Assembly (NCBI GenBank): GCA_013115145.1
Contig: JAAPAO010000296.1
Span: 1 to 41,995, forward strand
DNA length: 41,995 nt
Direction: 5' to 3'
Origin: Perkinsus chesapeaki ATCC PRA-425
Lineage: Eukaryota; Protista; Perkinsozoa
Below are positions 1 to 13,083 of this stretch, in pieces; within the stretch, counting starts at the first letter, position 1; each line of letters starts with the position of its first letter. A model generated the notes under the pieces. That model had not been told where the DNA came from. It saw only the letters and a program-made list of their open reading frames with translations, and searched no databases. The position numbers and the translations under genes were made by a program.

Positions 1-115
1 TACTCATTAGTAATAAAAACCCTATAGCTATCTAAAGGGAAGTGCCCACTACTCATTAGTAATAAAAACCCTACAGCTATCTAAAGGGAAGTGCCCACTA
101 CTCATTAGTAATAAA
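1..115. repeat. 49-bp tandem minisatellite, ~2.3 copies visible (probably continues beyond the window start)
   Basis: Unit tactcattagtaataaaaaccctatagctatctaaagggaagtgcccac at 1-49, again at 50-98 (one T>C change), partial at 99-115. Confidence 0.95.
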
Positions 116-370
116 CAGCCTGTACTAGCACCACCCGGCACTCTCATTAACAAAAGCCTTGGCATATCGAATGATGATGATGATGTAGTAGAAAGTTATA
201 GCCATATGGAGACTATCCCCTAATGGGAGGTACTCAACGGACTCCTTCGTGAGTTATTAGGAATATACAGAAAGTAACGAGGAAAGTATTAGGATACACA
301 TTCTAGGAAGGGTGTTGGCGGTGGAGGCACCGGCCTTGGGTAATGAAGGGCCAACGCCAAGGGGACGTCC

Positions 371-1933
371 TTATGCTGCCTGGGCAGCTGGAACTACCGC
401 TCGGACACTGTAGGCAGCATTGATACCAAGGTTTCGGGACTCTACTCGGGGCCTGGCTCCACGACTGCGTGGCGTACCAGCAACCATTGGGCTGCATCCA
501 CCGTAGCCATAAAGCCTACCTCCTCTCGAGCTCACACTTGCTGTTGGCGATGGACTACGATAGTATCTAGGGGTTGGAGCATTGTAATAATGTTGGTTAG
601 ATGATATAGTAGATGGTGTGATTGAACGAGGGGAAGGCTCCTTTAGACCCAACAACTGTGACGTACTTACGCGGGGGCCTACAAAGGACGATGGTAATCA
701 TGCAATAGAAGGGTCCTACTGCCGCCATGGAAAGTGCTGCTTCCCCTTCTCCTATAAGCTGCGGCGGATGCTGCTGAACTCCTACCTGACACTTTAACCC
801 ATCCCATCCCCCATCTAGTAGTCCTACTACCTCCGTAGCCTTCGTTGGGCGAGGTGCGTTGCTCAAGCCTAGACTGGCTCTGTGCTGATGATACAGGGGA
901 CTTCTTTTTCGCCACTGGAGTGTCGAAACCCCAGTCGAGGAACTCGTCAGCATCAGGACGTTGACTGTTGGTGGCAGGACGCGGCATCGCACTTTGGCCA
1001 CAGCCCATTAGGATGTGGTGGAGCGAGGGGGAACACAAGCAACAAGCAACTTGGGAAGATGTTGCCATGGACGCAATGCTCAACAACAACAACAAGGTGA
1101 TGGGGAGGAGAAATTGATGAAAAGGTTATATAGGGTAGCACACAGGCCCAACATGGCCACAGTGTATTACACAGGCCCAACATGGCCACAGTGTATTACA
1201 CAGGCCCAACATGGCAAGGAGATAGAGTCACTTACAGTATGGCACCGGGTGTTAGAGCATAAATAGGACATTCGTAAAGTATGGACGACGCTAATAGCGC
1301 CACAAACCGGGAATTACTAGGACTCTTGCAGCCCGATAAATGGTATATATGAAAAGTGAACAGAACTGTTTAGGAAATAGTACTAACGGCAACCTCGAGG
1401 AACACGCTCAGTAATGTTATGACTTCGAAGTTCAGACTTTTGGGGACGACTGTATAGAGGTCGCGATCTTTCGGACCGAGTTTTACGATACTCGAGGTTT
1501 GGAGTGCTGCTGCTGCCTCCGCTACCTTGACTACTACCCGGAGCCTCATTAACAGGTGTAGAGAGTGGTGAATCTTCCAGTATGGGACAGAGCCGGCTAC
1601 ATGACGGATTTCCCGAACCTGTCATAGGGCATAGAGTCCACTCATTGAACCGATGTCTCACTTGATGGCCTCCTACGTGGACAGTCCCTTTCTAAAGCAT
1701 CACGATTCGGACCTAAACCGCTTGCCTCCATCCATCCCCCCAGCGTCCTTTTTACTACTTATGCTTCCCTCATCAGTTTCCTGCGAAGATATCCGATGTT
1801 GGCGCATGCTGCTCCTCTGGTTTGCAGCTCCCCTACGGGCTCGAGGCTTCTTCCGTCGCTTATCAGCCGGTGATGCATATATAGATTCATAGGCTTCGAC
1901 GTCACCAGGAATGGAGCTGGAAGCGCAACCCAT
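371..1933 (-). CDS. Hypothetical spliced low-complexity protein with predicted N-terminal acylation (MGCASS); may be one gene or two
   Basis: ATG at 1933 gives MGCASSSIPGD (Gly2/Cys3/Ser6 myristoylation-palmitoylation consensus). Ser/Arg-rich ORF pieces at 1700-1933, 1383-1661, 679-1095 and 371-655 can be linked by GT-AG candidates. Exon junctions are ambiguous and no domain was recognised. Confidence 0.4.
1141..1215. repeat. 29-bp tandem repeat, ~2.6 copies, inside a putative minus-strand intron (1079-1235)
   Basis: cacaggcccaacatggccacagtgtatta at 1141-1169 and 1170-1198, partial at 1199-1215. Confidence 0.9.
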
Positions 1934-2694
1934 TTAAATGACAGTCTACAAAATACCACTAACGGTAAGTAGGCGGTCTGATGCTCTGGAACGGAAGGGG
2001 TGTGTCTCAAATCAACCCATCTCATTCGGAAAAGGATCACAGATACGATGGGTTTCCACGGATACAACGCATAATGTTATGGTCGATGATGCCTTACAGA
2101 CCAAAGAACCGTTGAAGCCCGAACTGCAAGCGTTACGGTTGCTTATATGCTACATGCCTGTATGCCGATATGCCATGGTACAAGTCGTTGAACATGGTAT
2201 ATCGGACAGATGCTACACCCCCGGGGTCGCGAAATAAGATAGTTGTGCCAAAGCGGGCCGAGGGACCGCGATTTAATCACTTAACCAGCCCATAGACGCT
2301 GCGCATTCGTTGGACCGTGCAGCCTTCGCTCCGCCAATTTTTGTGGCATTTTTCGTGATTTTCGCTTTGCTCATTGTGGTAGGTAGCTACGAACCTGATT
2401 GAGCTAGGTAATACGTACGGTTATATTTGAATGTAAATGCAGCCGTTTATGTGGGGGCAGTATTTTCCCACCTTCCGGCTGTCTAGAACCTCACCGATTC
2501 TGAACAAAGTTGGGCATAGCTGGGATATAGCGCAAATGATGTGGAGCTGGCTGGTGTTCATTCGCAGGGTCGATTAGAGCCACTGTTCCTTAACGTATAG
2601 CAATCATGATGGTATCCTAAGCATAACCCTACACAGAGGCAAGAAGCTATCAGTAGTTTTGCTACGAGTGAGGCCATGATGGCTGGATAACAAG

Positions 2695-5600
2695 AATCGA
2701 TTACTAGCTAATGTGGCAGAGTCGGCTAATGTATTGAATGATTCCCGTGTAGTGGACTTTAGTACTGTGGGAACGGATTCCTAGATATATAATGGGGATG
2801 GGAGCGGAGAGTGAAAAGACGGCTGTCCCGTCTATTGTGCCATACCGGGGGTTAGCAAGGATATTTATCGAGGTTGATAAGCGGTATCTTGCAGTCATAT
2901 GTTCCTTGGTTTTACCAGCCCATATGTCCCAGCAAACTTCTCCATTGTCTGGTTCCACATGGACAGTTACAACCACGGCTCCTTTGGATCAAGTAGATGC
3001 CCTTGACGTTATTCACTTCCCCATCACCTTCTTTTAGGCAGCTAAATATCTGCCGCCCAGCGTTTTCGGTGATCAGAGCGAGCAAGCGGCAGGTAACGCA
3101 TGAACCTTGGATATTTTTCGGACGTCCTTTGTAGCAGCATCCTCTTCGTCCGACTCGGCTAGTAACGGATCAACCCCAGAGCGTCAAACAGAAGACGTTT
3201 CATCGCGTGGCCTCGGGGAGATCGGTATGAGTCCTTACAACTAGGTTTCCTGCATTTATATCAGTTTTAGGTTCTCCGATGCCTGCCAGCGTTGGCCGTA
3301 CCGAATCTTGGGATCCCGCTCCTACCGAGTTGGATCCATGGAGGTCCCCAGCCCCATCTATGGTAGGCTCGCTAACATGGCATTATCTTGAATGTGTTGT
3401 TATCAGATGTCGAGAGCTGGTCCTTTGAGTGACTTTGGAGGTAGGCTGTAGGATACCATAAGGCTTCATATGGTTGTTGTTAGGTTCCCCATGGCTTGGC
3501 GCTGGACCTCTACCTCTGTCCCCTGCTCTAGACAGTCTTGGTTTATATACTCCTCAACAGCAGCCACACAAAAAGACGACAACTCAGTGGGGATCATCGC
3601 AGTGGGGTAAGAATCCTTTCACTTTAAAAGTTCCTAAGAAGATTTATGTCAGGTCGCCGACATACGACAATCCCGTCGAGTTTCCCCTTCCTGCCTGAGG
3701 CTGCTAGCTACTCTGGCTTTGAATCTGCCCCCTCCTCCCCCGGTGATGGCAGTGCCTCGGCTACAGCTCTCTATGCGGCTTCACGTATGACCGCCGCCGC
3801 CAGTCGCAGTAGTCCACATAGTAACAGCAGCAGCAGTATGAATGGCAGTAGTCTCCCATCTCTGGGAGGGACCAGTCGTATGAACCAGAAGCGTTATTCG
3901 CTCCCTGTTATCGAGCCCCCGCTTATGGGTGGTTTCGATCGCAATGCTGCTCGTCGCCGTGGATCCTCCAATCTCATATCTCAAGTACGTCGCTGCTGTT
4001 GCTCACGTTGTTTTACTATTTATTTGATAGCGCCGTACTACAGTAGCAGTGGCCCCTTCGCTGACTGGGAGGAGCTCCCCTCCGTTGCATTCTCGGAGGC
4101 CTAAAGCCGTCAGCAGCGCCTCTTTCCTGGATAATAGCGGCAGCAAGAAGCAGCATTCGGGGTCATCATCTCAGCATGGTCGTTCTATGAGTGCCGCTGC
4201 ATTTAAGAGCCAGCATATTGCTTGGAACAGAGAGCTTACTAATCCTAATGCTACAGCCCAGCAGATCCTATCCCTTGCCAAGAAGCACTGTAAGTACCCC
4301 ATCAGTGCTCCTCAGCTCCTATCATTATGGGCGGTTATTTATTTCAGGTTCGCAGTTCAACAGTGTCAACTGGGCCACTACCTTCCATCGTTTGGCTAAG
4401 TTCCATTTACACGAAGCCAAGAGCGAACATTCCCTCGAGATTCAGACTTTGCTCGGGAAATGCGAGTCAGTTGAAGGCTTTGCACCTCAGCATCTTGCCA
4501 CATTAGCCTGGGCTATGGCCAAGCTTCATATTGTGGATCATGACCTCCTATCCAAGGTATTCATCGTCGTACAACAACCTAGGCCATGGCCGTGTCCATT
4601 AGGTGGTGCACAAGTCCTTAACTCTACATGCTGACTTAAAGCCGCAGGATTTGGCGAATCTCAGCTGGGCTCTAGCTCGTTTAGACTGCCCCGAAAGCGA
4701 TCTCATGTAATCGACCTCGAAAAGTATCTTTATGGTGGTAGCGCATTGTTTGTTGCTAGGTATGAATGTGTATGCCAGAAAATAATGTACGATAGAGGTT
4801 GCCTTTCACAGTTCAAACCCATGGAATTGGCCTCGGTCATGTGGGCTATAGCTACTGCAGGATACGAGTAAGCATAAGGCTCTTAGTAGTCTTCCGCCTT
4901 ATACTCCCTTGATAGTTTCAATGGCAACATCTGCAAAGTGTGTGAAGTGGTGGCACGGTTTTCTATGAAGCACTGGGGGTTGAGTGAGTTCTCCCCTCAA
5001 GCCATCGCTAACATGTCCTGGTCTCTGAGCTACTACTACGAGCCTAACGCCGCTCCTTCGAACGCTTCATCTAGTGATTCGGTCACCAACGATGGAGTTG
5101 GTAATAAGTCTTTGTACCTTTGTCGTTTAGTAGGTATTCCCCTTGATTCATAGATACACCTGTGGGCAGCATGGGTGGTGAAAGTGCTAGTAACAGTGGC
5201 AGATCTGAGGAGTTATCGACTAAGTCGTCTACTACAGCTTCGTCCCCAACATCCAACACCAGCACACGCACTACCTCTGTACCTATTATTGGTACCCCAG
5301 CAGCTGCAGCTGAGGCCACCAGGGAGTTCTTGGACAGAGTTGATGCTTACTTGTCTGATAATAATGCATTATTGGTCAAGTTCAAGCCACTGGAGGTCTG
5401 CAATATATCCTGGGCTCTGGTTAATGTTGGTATTGTTAACAAGGAGTTCTTGGAGACCGTAGGATACCGCTTGGACCACCGCCATTCGAACTAGTGACTT
5501 GTTAGGTATTCGGCAATATCTCCGCCTCGGCAGTGCAAAGCTTGGATAGTAACAGCCTCACTCAGCTACTTCAAGCATGTAAGCCAGTGATACGTCGCCC

Positions 5601-7923
5601 TTCATTGTTACTGCCTGCTCGCTGCTCAGGCACAACTGCTATGGATGTGGTGGCGATGAGTACGAACAGTGAGACGTTAGAGTGGTGCCCGATGCCCGTT
5701 GAGACCCTCCAAAGCCTGACAGAGAAGCTACTTATGACTAGAGCTAGAGGATACACTCAAGAGCAGCTGGACTCGGTGACTATCTCTATATGCAAGCTAT
5801 TGGCCTACTTCCGCTATGGTGGTGGAGCAGCTATTGGTGATGCTCATGTTATCGACGAAGGTCTCTATGATCTCCTAGCACAGGAGTACATTCAAGCTGA
5901 AGGATCTGATTGGACATTAAAGGGCGCATTGAGCCTACTTAGTCTCCCACTTATGGAGATGTATCGTCCCGGCGTTTTGGAAGTGTTCAGTAAGTTGTCC
6001 ATATCTTGCTCTTCCCTCTTTCATACCATTTTGTAGGTGGTCGTGTCGTATCTGGCGACATTGACTTGCCGGTATCTGCGATGTCTGAACTTATCTCCAC
6101 CTTGGAGATGGTGCTTGCCTCTGAAGAATGTGCCCAGTCTCCTGCTGGTAGTTTCTTCTTCATTACCGCCTTCTATATATCCTCCCTTTGTAGGTGAAGA
6201 GTCTAAGTCTATAATACAGCGCTCCAACTCCTCAATCGTGACGATGTGTGCTAGAGCCATGGCTGAGCAGAACGACCTCTCCCTGCCTCTGGTTCAGCGA
6301 ATGCGTGCGCTAACAGGTATCATCATCCTCCGCTGCTTGCATACCGGATTGGATTCTCAGATGATTTTTCGTCTCTGGTTACACCTCTACTGAGTCTATT
6401 GCTCGAAGAAGCCCAGTCCTTCTCTGCCCTCATCGGTACCTGGACTTCGGATGCCATAGCCGCAGCTGCTGTTATGGGAACCAGCTCGGAACAGCTCTCC
6501 TCAGTTCTGAACGACTCCATCACTATTTGTGATCTTCTCGGTAAGTCCGCAACCATGTACACAATATCTAACTCTTCCCTCTTCATCAGCCAACACAAGT
6601 TTAACTGTGATGGACGAGAGTGCCCTCAGAGGTCTGCTGTCTGCACTTACAGAGGCCTACTACCAGAAAGGTAGTACCGATCTGGCTGCGTGGTGCAATG
6701 CTGTTGACGAGCGTTTCGTTTAGCCAATGGTTTCGAAGCTGATATGATCTCCAGTCTAGGGGCTTGTCTTGCCTCTACTCTGAGTCATTTCGGTCCTCAA
6801 GATGCCAGCCGATTCTTGGATACTTTATCCGAGGATGCCTGCTCGGCTGCAAGGATCGAGAAGCTCCTCCCTGGTACCTGTTTGACTGTGCTTACTGCCT
6901 TCACGAAGGATACTCAAAACTCTCAAGATCTTTGGGGCCGCCTAGCAACTTTGACGGATGTAGTGTACGCCCATTTCAATGTTATTGGTAGGCAGTCCAA
7001 TGCACGATATGGCGTCATTAGTGTCGATATGGTGCCTTTAGGTGAGGTGAAGGACGCAGCGCCCTACTCCTTAACCGATATGATAGATCTCTTCTTCCTA
7101 CGAGATCATTATGGCCAAATGGTGGAGGATGAGCAAGTTAAGGCTTGCGTCTCTCGGTTGCAGACTCTCTCTAATGAGGGTGTTTCAACCAACGGTAAGT
7201 TCAAATTCGTAATCCCGTTGTTGCAGATTAGAAACATACCTCCTTCAGTCCCTCTCGGAAGCCTTTGCAAGCTTGCCTTCCTTGGTCCTTCTCGCTTGGA
7301 TTTAGAGACGGTGGTCTTACCAGCTATAGCCAACGCAGTTGAGGAGTTTGGACTCCAAGGTCTATCTCCTGATGAGTTGGCAATGTTGGTTTATGTAAGG
7401 GCCATCTCCGCACTCCGCAGTCGCTAAAATGATCTCCCCTCAGTCGCTTTCACGCGCAAACGTTCCGGCATACTCTGGCCTGCTAGAACGTGCTCTGCAA
7501 AAACTGCTATCGGAGCCAGGCTCGTCAGCACTAAGGATATTAGCAGTCATCCATGGACTCAACACATGTCGTCCAGGAATGGTCGGATCTTATGTGGCAT
7601 TGGGACCTTCGGGATCCGTTACCAGTGCCCTCCTCGACGCCGCGAGATGCCCTGGTCATTGTATCCAGGTAATTAGTGTATTGCCAATTATGATCTAACT
7701 GACCCTTTAGACAATGGCCAACGAGGCTAAGGAGATAGTCCGTAGATCGATAATGTTAATGCCTGAAGAAGCCTCTACTGAAGGAGGCATCTCCACTTAT
7801 ATGAGTGGGTTACCTAAAAGTGATGACGATGCACTAGCCGCAGCTTTCATGCCGGAGAGTTATGAAGGCCTAGGTAGGGGAATGATCGAGATGGAATTTC
7901 TGGCAGCAGGATTGTGGAATTAG
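2695..7923 (+). CDS. Large multi-exon helical-repeat (HPR/OPR-like, FASTK-related) putative RNA-binding protein with long low-complexity N-terminus; 5' end uncertain (may start ~2450)
   Basis: Splicing 4290-4347, 4557-4602 and later GT-AG introns gives FAPQHLATLAWAMAKL..., LKPQDLANLSWALARL..., FKPMELASVMWAIATA..., FSPQAIANMSWSLSY... and FKPLEVCNISWALVNV. These are repeats of the F-x-P-Q-x-L-x-N-x-x-W-A motif spaced 37 and 41 aa in the first units. Stop at 7921-7923. Confidence 0.75.
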
Positions 7924-10030
7924 ATACCTCGGCGCTGTCGAGTATCCAGGCACTTCTAGACTAATCGATATACAGCTCGTGAAAACAACGTCGACATGTC
8001 CTTTTTTTGAAAAGTAAGTCACTGGCTCCTTCCAACGTTATTTACTCTATTGCAGTGTTATCTTTTTTTCAGTTACCAAAATACAAGTAGCCTATACAGT
8101 AGGTTGCCTCTACTCACTGGCTCGTCAAGGCCCAACGATTCAGCAAAGCTATAGAAGATCTCGGTTGCTGTTGTTGTCGTCGTCGTTGTCATCATCATCT
8201 TCTTGTCAACATTTATCTATCTGCACCTTATCCTTCACTATTTGTAACTATGGTTAATACCTCTCATCTGCTGGCATTGATGCTGCTGCTGCGGCCCTTC
8301 CTAGTACGGGCTATTGCTGGCATCATAAGTCATAGTATAGTTTATGAGTGCTCTATACCACTTAGTTCGCTATACACTGTTGAGAGTTTCAGCCATTACT
8401 ATAATAATAATAATAGCACGGCTGCTGTTGTTGTTTCTATATCCTCGATGATGGCCGTAGTCGTCCTACTAGTCGTAGTTCAGCACGGTGGTGTGCTGGC
8501 GATAGGTATAATCTCTGACAGGGCCTGATGGTGACGGTTTCGAGTCATTTTCAGCCTCTACCTTTGAAGACACTTTTGCTCTTTGTATTTATAACAATAG
8601 TAACGATAATAATATCCTACCACCGACCTAAAGATGAGTTCAACTACGATGAGGTTAACAGGAAGACCCTCATTAGTATACATGTCGACCCCTTTCTCTA
8701 TGTGAGGAGTCAGCACGTATCCTTTTGTTCTCGACAACAGCAGCTGCAGCAGCAGTAACAGTAACAGTAGCAGTTACACCGTACTTGGCCACTTTCCTAT
8801 CAGTTCTGGCTCTACGATGGTTTTATATAGCAAGAAGTGCCAGAGAGAAGCAATGGCGTTTCAACTAAGCCAGCGGTGTCACCGCTACCATTCCCGTTGC
8901 TACTCTCTGTGGTAATGGATGTGAGTGGACGGACGACTTTACTGCTGTTGGTAAAGGTCATCGATATATTGGTGATGAAGGAATAAGGTGTCAATAGGAG
9001 TAGGCTTCATTTCTGGATGTATCACTGTTGTCTAATAGTTTCGACGATGATGATGACTAGCATCAGCATCATTACTTGTGCTTTCTCTTTGTCGTAGCCT
9101 GATAACAATGACTAGAATACCGAGCCCAACGTTTCAGAACACCACCACCATTTAATCTCCGAATACTTGATATATCTTTGTAGCAGTTAGTATGCTCATC
9201 CTTGACTACCCTTATTGCACTGTTATGCTTGTTACGTCGGCTACTCCTTGTGCTTCTATCCCTGCTATTCATGCTGCTGGTGCATAAATTCTGTTGCTGC
9301 CCATCTGCATTAGTGCAGTTAGTCCTCTGGTTCTTCAGCACGTATAGCTTCATAATCGCCTCTGCTGTTGCTGCTGCTGCTTCTGGTGCTGTTGGCTTGT
9401 TTGCTCTTCCCTTTGTACAATGTAATACCTCATCGTTGACCCCTCTTCTCGGTGTGTAAATACTTTTTCCTTTTTTCTATATTTGCTGCTGCTGGCGCTC
9501 TGCTCCAATCAATCACTATGCTGCTAGTGTGCTCCTGTTTTATGGAGCCTATCATATTCGATCCATCACGCCCCCTATACATTTCCGAATGGAAACGATA
9601 CTGAGGGTTTGTAATATCTCCTAATGGAGTTTGCTATTATGGTGCTCGGCTATGGTACTACCTATTTATTAGGCAGACTAACAGCAGCATTACCTGTGTC
9701 CAACTGCGTGTAACCATTCCTTGGCTAGGGTCACTGTGGCATTATTGATATACTAGAGGATGGAGAAGTTCTCTGTTATCAGTATTGCTGTTGTTGGCTC
9801 TTCGATAGTGTTATTGTTGCAACTACTCTTCCTCACTACTTTCTTTATACTATGTGTTGCTACTTGTGTATCATGATAATAACGATGATGCTGATGATAA
9901 CAGCATACCGGCACTAGAAATAAAGGTTATTATTGATGTTAGTGTCTCGCCGATAAGTTATTTGACTACCGTCGGCTCTAGGGAGGCCGCCTTTGAACGG
10001 CTACTCTAGTCGTGTTTGGCCTCCGCGACA

Positions 10031-13000
10031 ATGGTGATGTCAAATGACAATCATAGTAGTGGCACTACTACCAATAATAACTATAAGTAGAGAGTTCCTC
10101 TTTTTCTTTACATAGCAACATTAATGACGAGGGCGTTGGTGTCATTACCGAGAGAGCTGTCCATTATTTAGCCCTTGAGTTCACTAGTGTCATGTCAATG
10201 AAGGCGGCAAATGCTCTTCGGTTATCTCTGGCTGTACAGTGTAGTCTAACAGCATGTCGGCATCTATGACTATCGGAGCACATCCTTCATTCCCCTTGCA
10301 CCCCAACTCGGCTCGAGGCCAAGGCCTGCAGTCTCTCAGTGATCGGCGTACAGGAGCAATTAAGATGGGGCATAATACTTTAAGAGACTCGGCCGATGGC
10401 ATTAACAATTGTGAGGAGTTGCTATTCAGCGGTTTCCGTGAATCTGCAATATTCCTCGACCTCCCCAGCGATGTATTCAGGCACGACATTAACCGCACCC
10501 AGCAACAGTGCCATGGACGGTACTTCACTCGATCTCTCCAGTACCTTCAATGGCGTCCCCACAGAGATGGGGTCTGCTGGTGGGCCTCATACTGGGTCGG
10601 GGACGAGGCGGTTCTCAGCTATGCAAGAGAAGCTACTCACTGCAGGTATACAATTCTTTCACAGGTAAGCATTACGGTCATTTGTTTGCGCGAAGTAAAA
10701 GTGTCCTATACTGCTAGACACATACGAACTGATAATGAAGTGTTAAGGCGGATGAAAACTAACGATATGTTCCAACTCTTCTATGAGCCACAGTAGGCCG
10801 CGGCGGCAGTACGTGGGTGATAGATAGTTTATCCATGTAGGTATTATGATAGGAAACCTCCAGGGGAGCTAAATGCAGTCTTCATCAATAGCGTCTCGGA
10901 TCCATCAGCTGTCCATGTTAGCAGCTTCATTCTTAGTATACTCCATCAAGGACTCTTCTCTGTTAGTGCATTCATAGTGTCAATTATGTAATAGAACTAT
11001 GTCCTAATGGCCAGGTCCAGTGCTGCGTCAGTTACTTGTCAAGATTCAAAGAAGCGACTCAGATATCTCTGCACGCCAGTACTGCTCCCTCTGAGGCTGG
11101 TCGCTATCGAGTTGGCCGCGCCGTTCAGGTACGTGGAGACCGCTTTTCTTAACTTCGCTTCTCATCGCCGACAAAATGTGGGAGGACAAGCCTGTGCGCA
11201 ACTCCAGTTTGGCGAAGCTATTTCCTGTCCTGTCTAATGCAGAGCTTAACAGACTGGAGAACAAGTTCTTGCTCAGAATTAGGTAGCCAACATCGGTATG
11301 AGGGGAGGTGTGGGAAGGTGTGCAGGTTCAACGTTCAAGTTAAGTCGGATCTTTTCACGTCGTTCTGCGAGAAGCTCCTCCAGGAGAACATCTCTCAGGA
11401 GATAGTCACGTGCGTCTCAGGCTCCGAGTACGCAGCAGCTTTCGCTGCCGAGGTATTCCTTGGTGAATCTATTTGGATGAGACGACGGCTCAGGAGGAAA
11501 GCGTCGTGACCCTACAACACCCCCCTCCCCCCAAAGCTCCACCGCTCAAACATCACCACCAACAGCCGCAGCAGCAGCAGCAGCACGCACCTGTTGTGGC
11601 GCAAGCACTCCCAAGTAGCATCATGCTGTTGCGGTGGGCGACAATCGTTGGCGCTCAGGTGCGGTGGCACACGCTGCCGCCCCTTCAGCAGCGCAGAGAG
11701 AGCCATCTCGTGGGCCTCTAGGTCATGCCACAGCGCCCGCCATGGATTACTTCCTTCATCCTAAACCTGGTATCCCAGTGTTGTCCGGTGGTGCATCGTC
11801 ATCGTCAACAGTGAGGAGCAGTAGTATACCAGCTGGAAGTGTTTCGGCTAGGGTTCACCCGACCGGGGACGGTAACACAACACTGCGAGACATAACTGAG
11901 CCCTTAACGTTAGCTTCGTATTAGGGCCTCATCAGCGGACTGGCGGCTACATTGGAGGTTTACCAACCAGCTCTAGACAGTATACATCAATTTCAGCGAG
12001 GCAAAGCCAACCAGGTATGGCAGGTTCACATGGAAGGTAATGAGCCCTCTACCTGCATACCCCCGACGATGCTGCTAATAAGGTTCTTCTCAGGCCTTCT
12101 AATATTTACGATCAACGTATCATGTATCACACACAACAGCCATCAGCAAGGGGTACGGTAGCAGACCCAACTACAAGTCGAGTGGTGTTTCCGGCATCTA
12201 CTCGAGCCTCACTCCCTGCTGGGTTGGCTGGTGGACATGTACGTACGGTTGGGGTACTTCAGTGTTGCTACATTAATGGGGTACAAAACGAATGAAGTAT
12301 GAACTCCGAAATCATTTGAATAAGCGCTCCACGATGGGTTCGAACCACCGACCTTGTGGTTAACAGCCACACGCTCTGCCTACTGAGCTAGCGGAGCTCT
12401 GTCGGCTAGTAGTGTAAAATTTACTGTTCAAATCCGATTGCTTTCAGTCTCATGCTGCCCCGTCTACTCCTACTGGAAGTGGTGCTCAATCGCAATATGC
12501 AGTAGTCAACACTCCCACTGGTCCTCAATACGTTGTTCTTCGACCCTCGGCGGCTCCAGCTATGAACCCATAGTAAAACTGCATCTAACCCTCGTCCGCG
12601 AAGTCTCCTTCCCATGTAGTTCTGGAAGGAGCTCAATAGTATCACAGGATGCGGCAGCTCCTCGACGTCACTCTATTGGAGTTACAGCTGTAACGCAGCG
12701 TCCCTCGACTCCAACGAGCTTCCTTGAAGGACAGGTAGAAAGCAATATGATTAGTTCCCCACGTCATCGTTACTCTCAGTCGTTCAACAATGTTAAACAT
12801 ACTATACACTATCAACCCTTCGCTCCACCAGGGGCGGTAAGCAGTGGTAATGTATCACCAGCAGGTAATGAGGCTACTACTGGCAGTGGGCCTAGAGACT
12901 TGTCTAGGAAATGGTATGGCTCGAGGGACATCCCAGAACCGACCGCACTCGGCGCCGAGGACAGTCGGAATGTACAAGGCACCAGTCTTCGGGCAACAGG

Positions 13001-13083
13001 TGAGCGACGCACCAAGGTTCCCTCCGCGTAACATCTCACAGTTGCCGCAGCGTTCATGCTGGGGCTATCAAGTGACTGGATAA
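10031..13083 (+). CDS. Cyclin-Y-like (PHO80/cyclin P-U/Y group) cyclin with long low-complexity C-terminal tail; start uncertain
   Basis: Spliced cyclin box: CCVSYLSRFKEATQISLHASTWRPLFLTSLLIADKMWEDKPVRNSSLAKLFPVLSNAELNRLENKFLLRIRFNVQVKSDLFTSFCEKLL (core exon 11129-11282). This resembles the cyclin Y pattern W..I.L..ILLASKVWDD....N...... MNELERQFLELLQFNINV. Downstream exons join in frame to a stop at 13081-13083. Confidence 0.8.
12325..12397 (-). tRNA. trnN-GTT: tRNA-Asn (GTT), antisense within a cyclin intron
   Basis: Reverse complement GCTCCGC TA GCTCAGTAGGCAGAGC G TGTGG CT GTT AA CCACA AGGTC GGTGG TTCGAAC CCATC GTGGAGC G: full 73-nt cloverleaf with A/B boxes and G discriminator. Confidence 0.97.

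Noticed and set aside
500-510. ACCGTAGCCAT matches the first 11 nt of the perkinsid/dinoflagellate spliced leader
   Set aside because: The 3' half (CTTGGCTCAAG) is absent and the segment is the antisense of coding sequence (YGYGG); most likely chance.
10560-10668. Sec7-like impression from KLLTAGIQFFH
   Set aside because: The following exons form a cyclin box, and no Sec7 FRLPGE motif is present.
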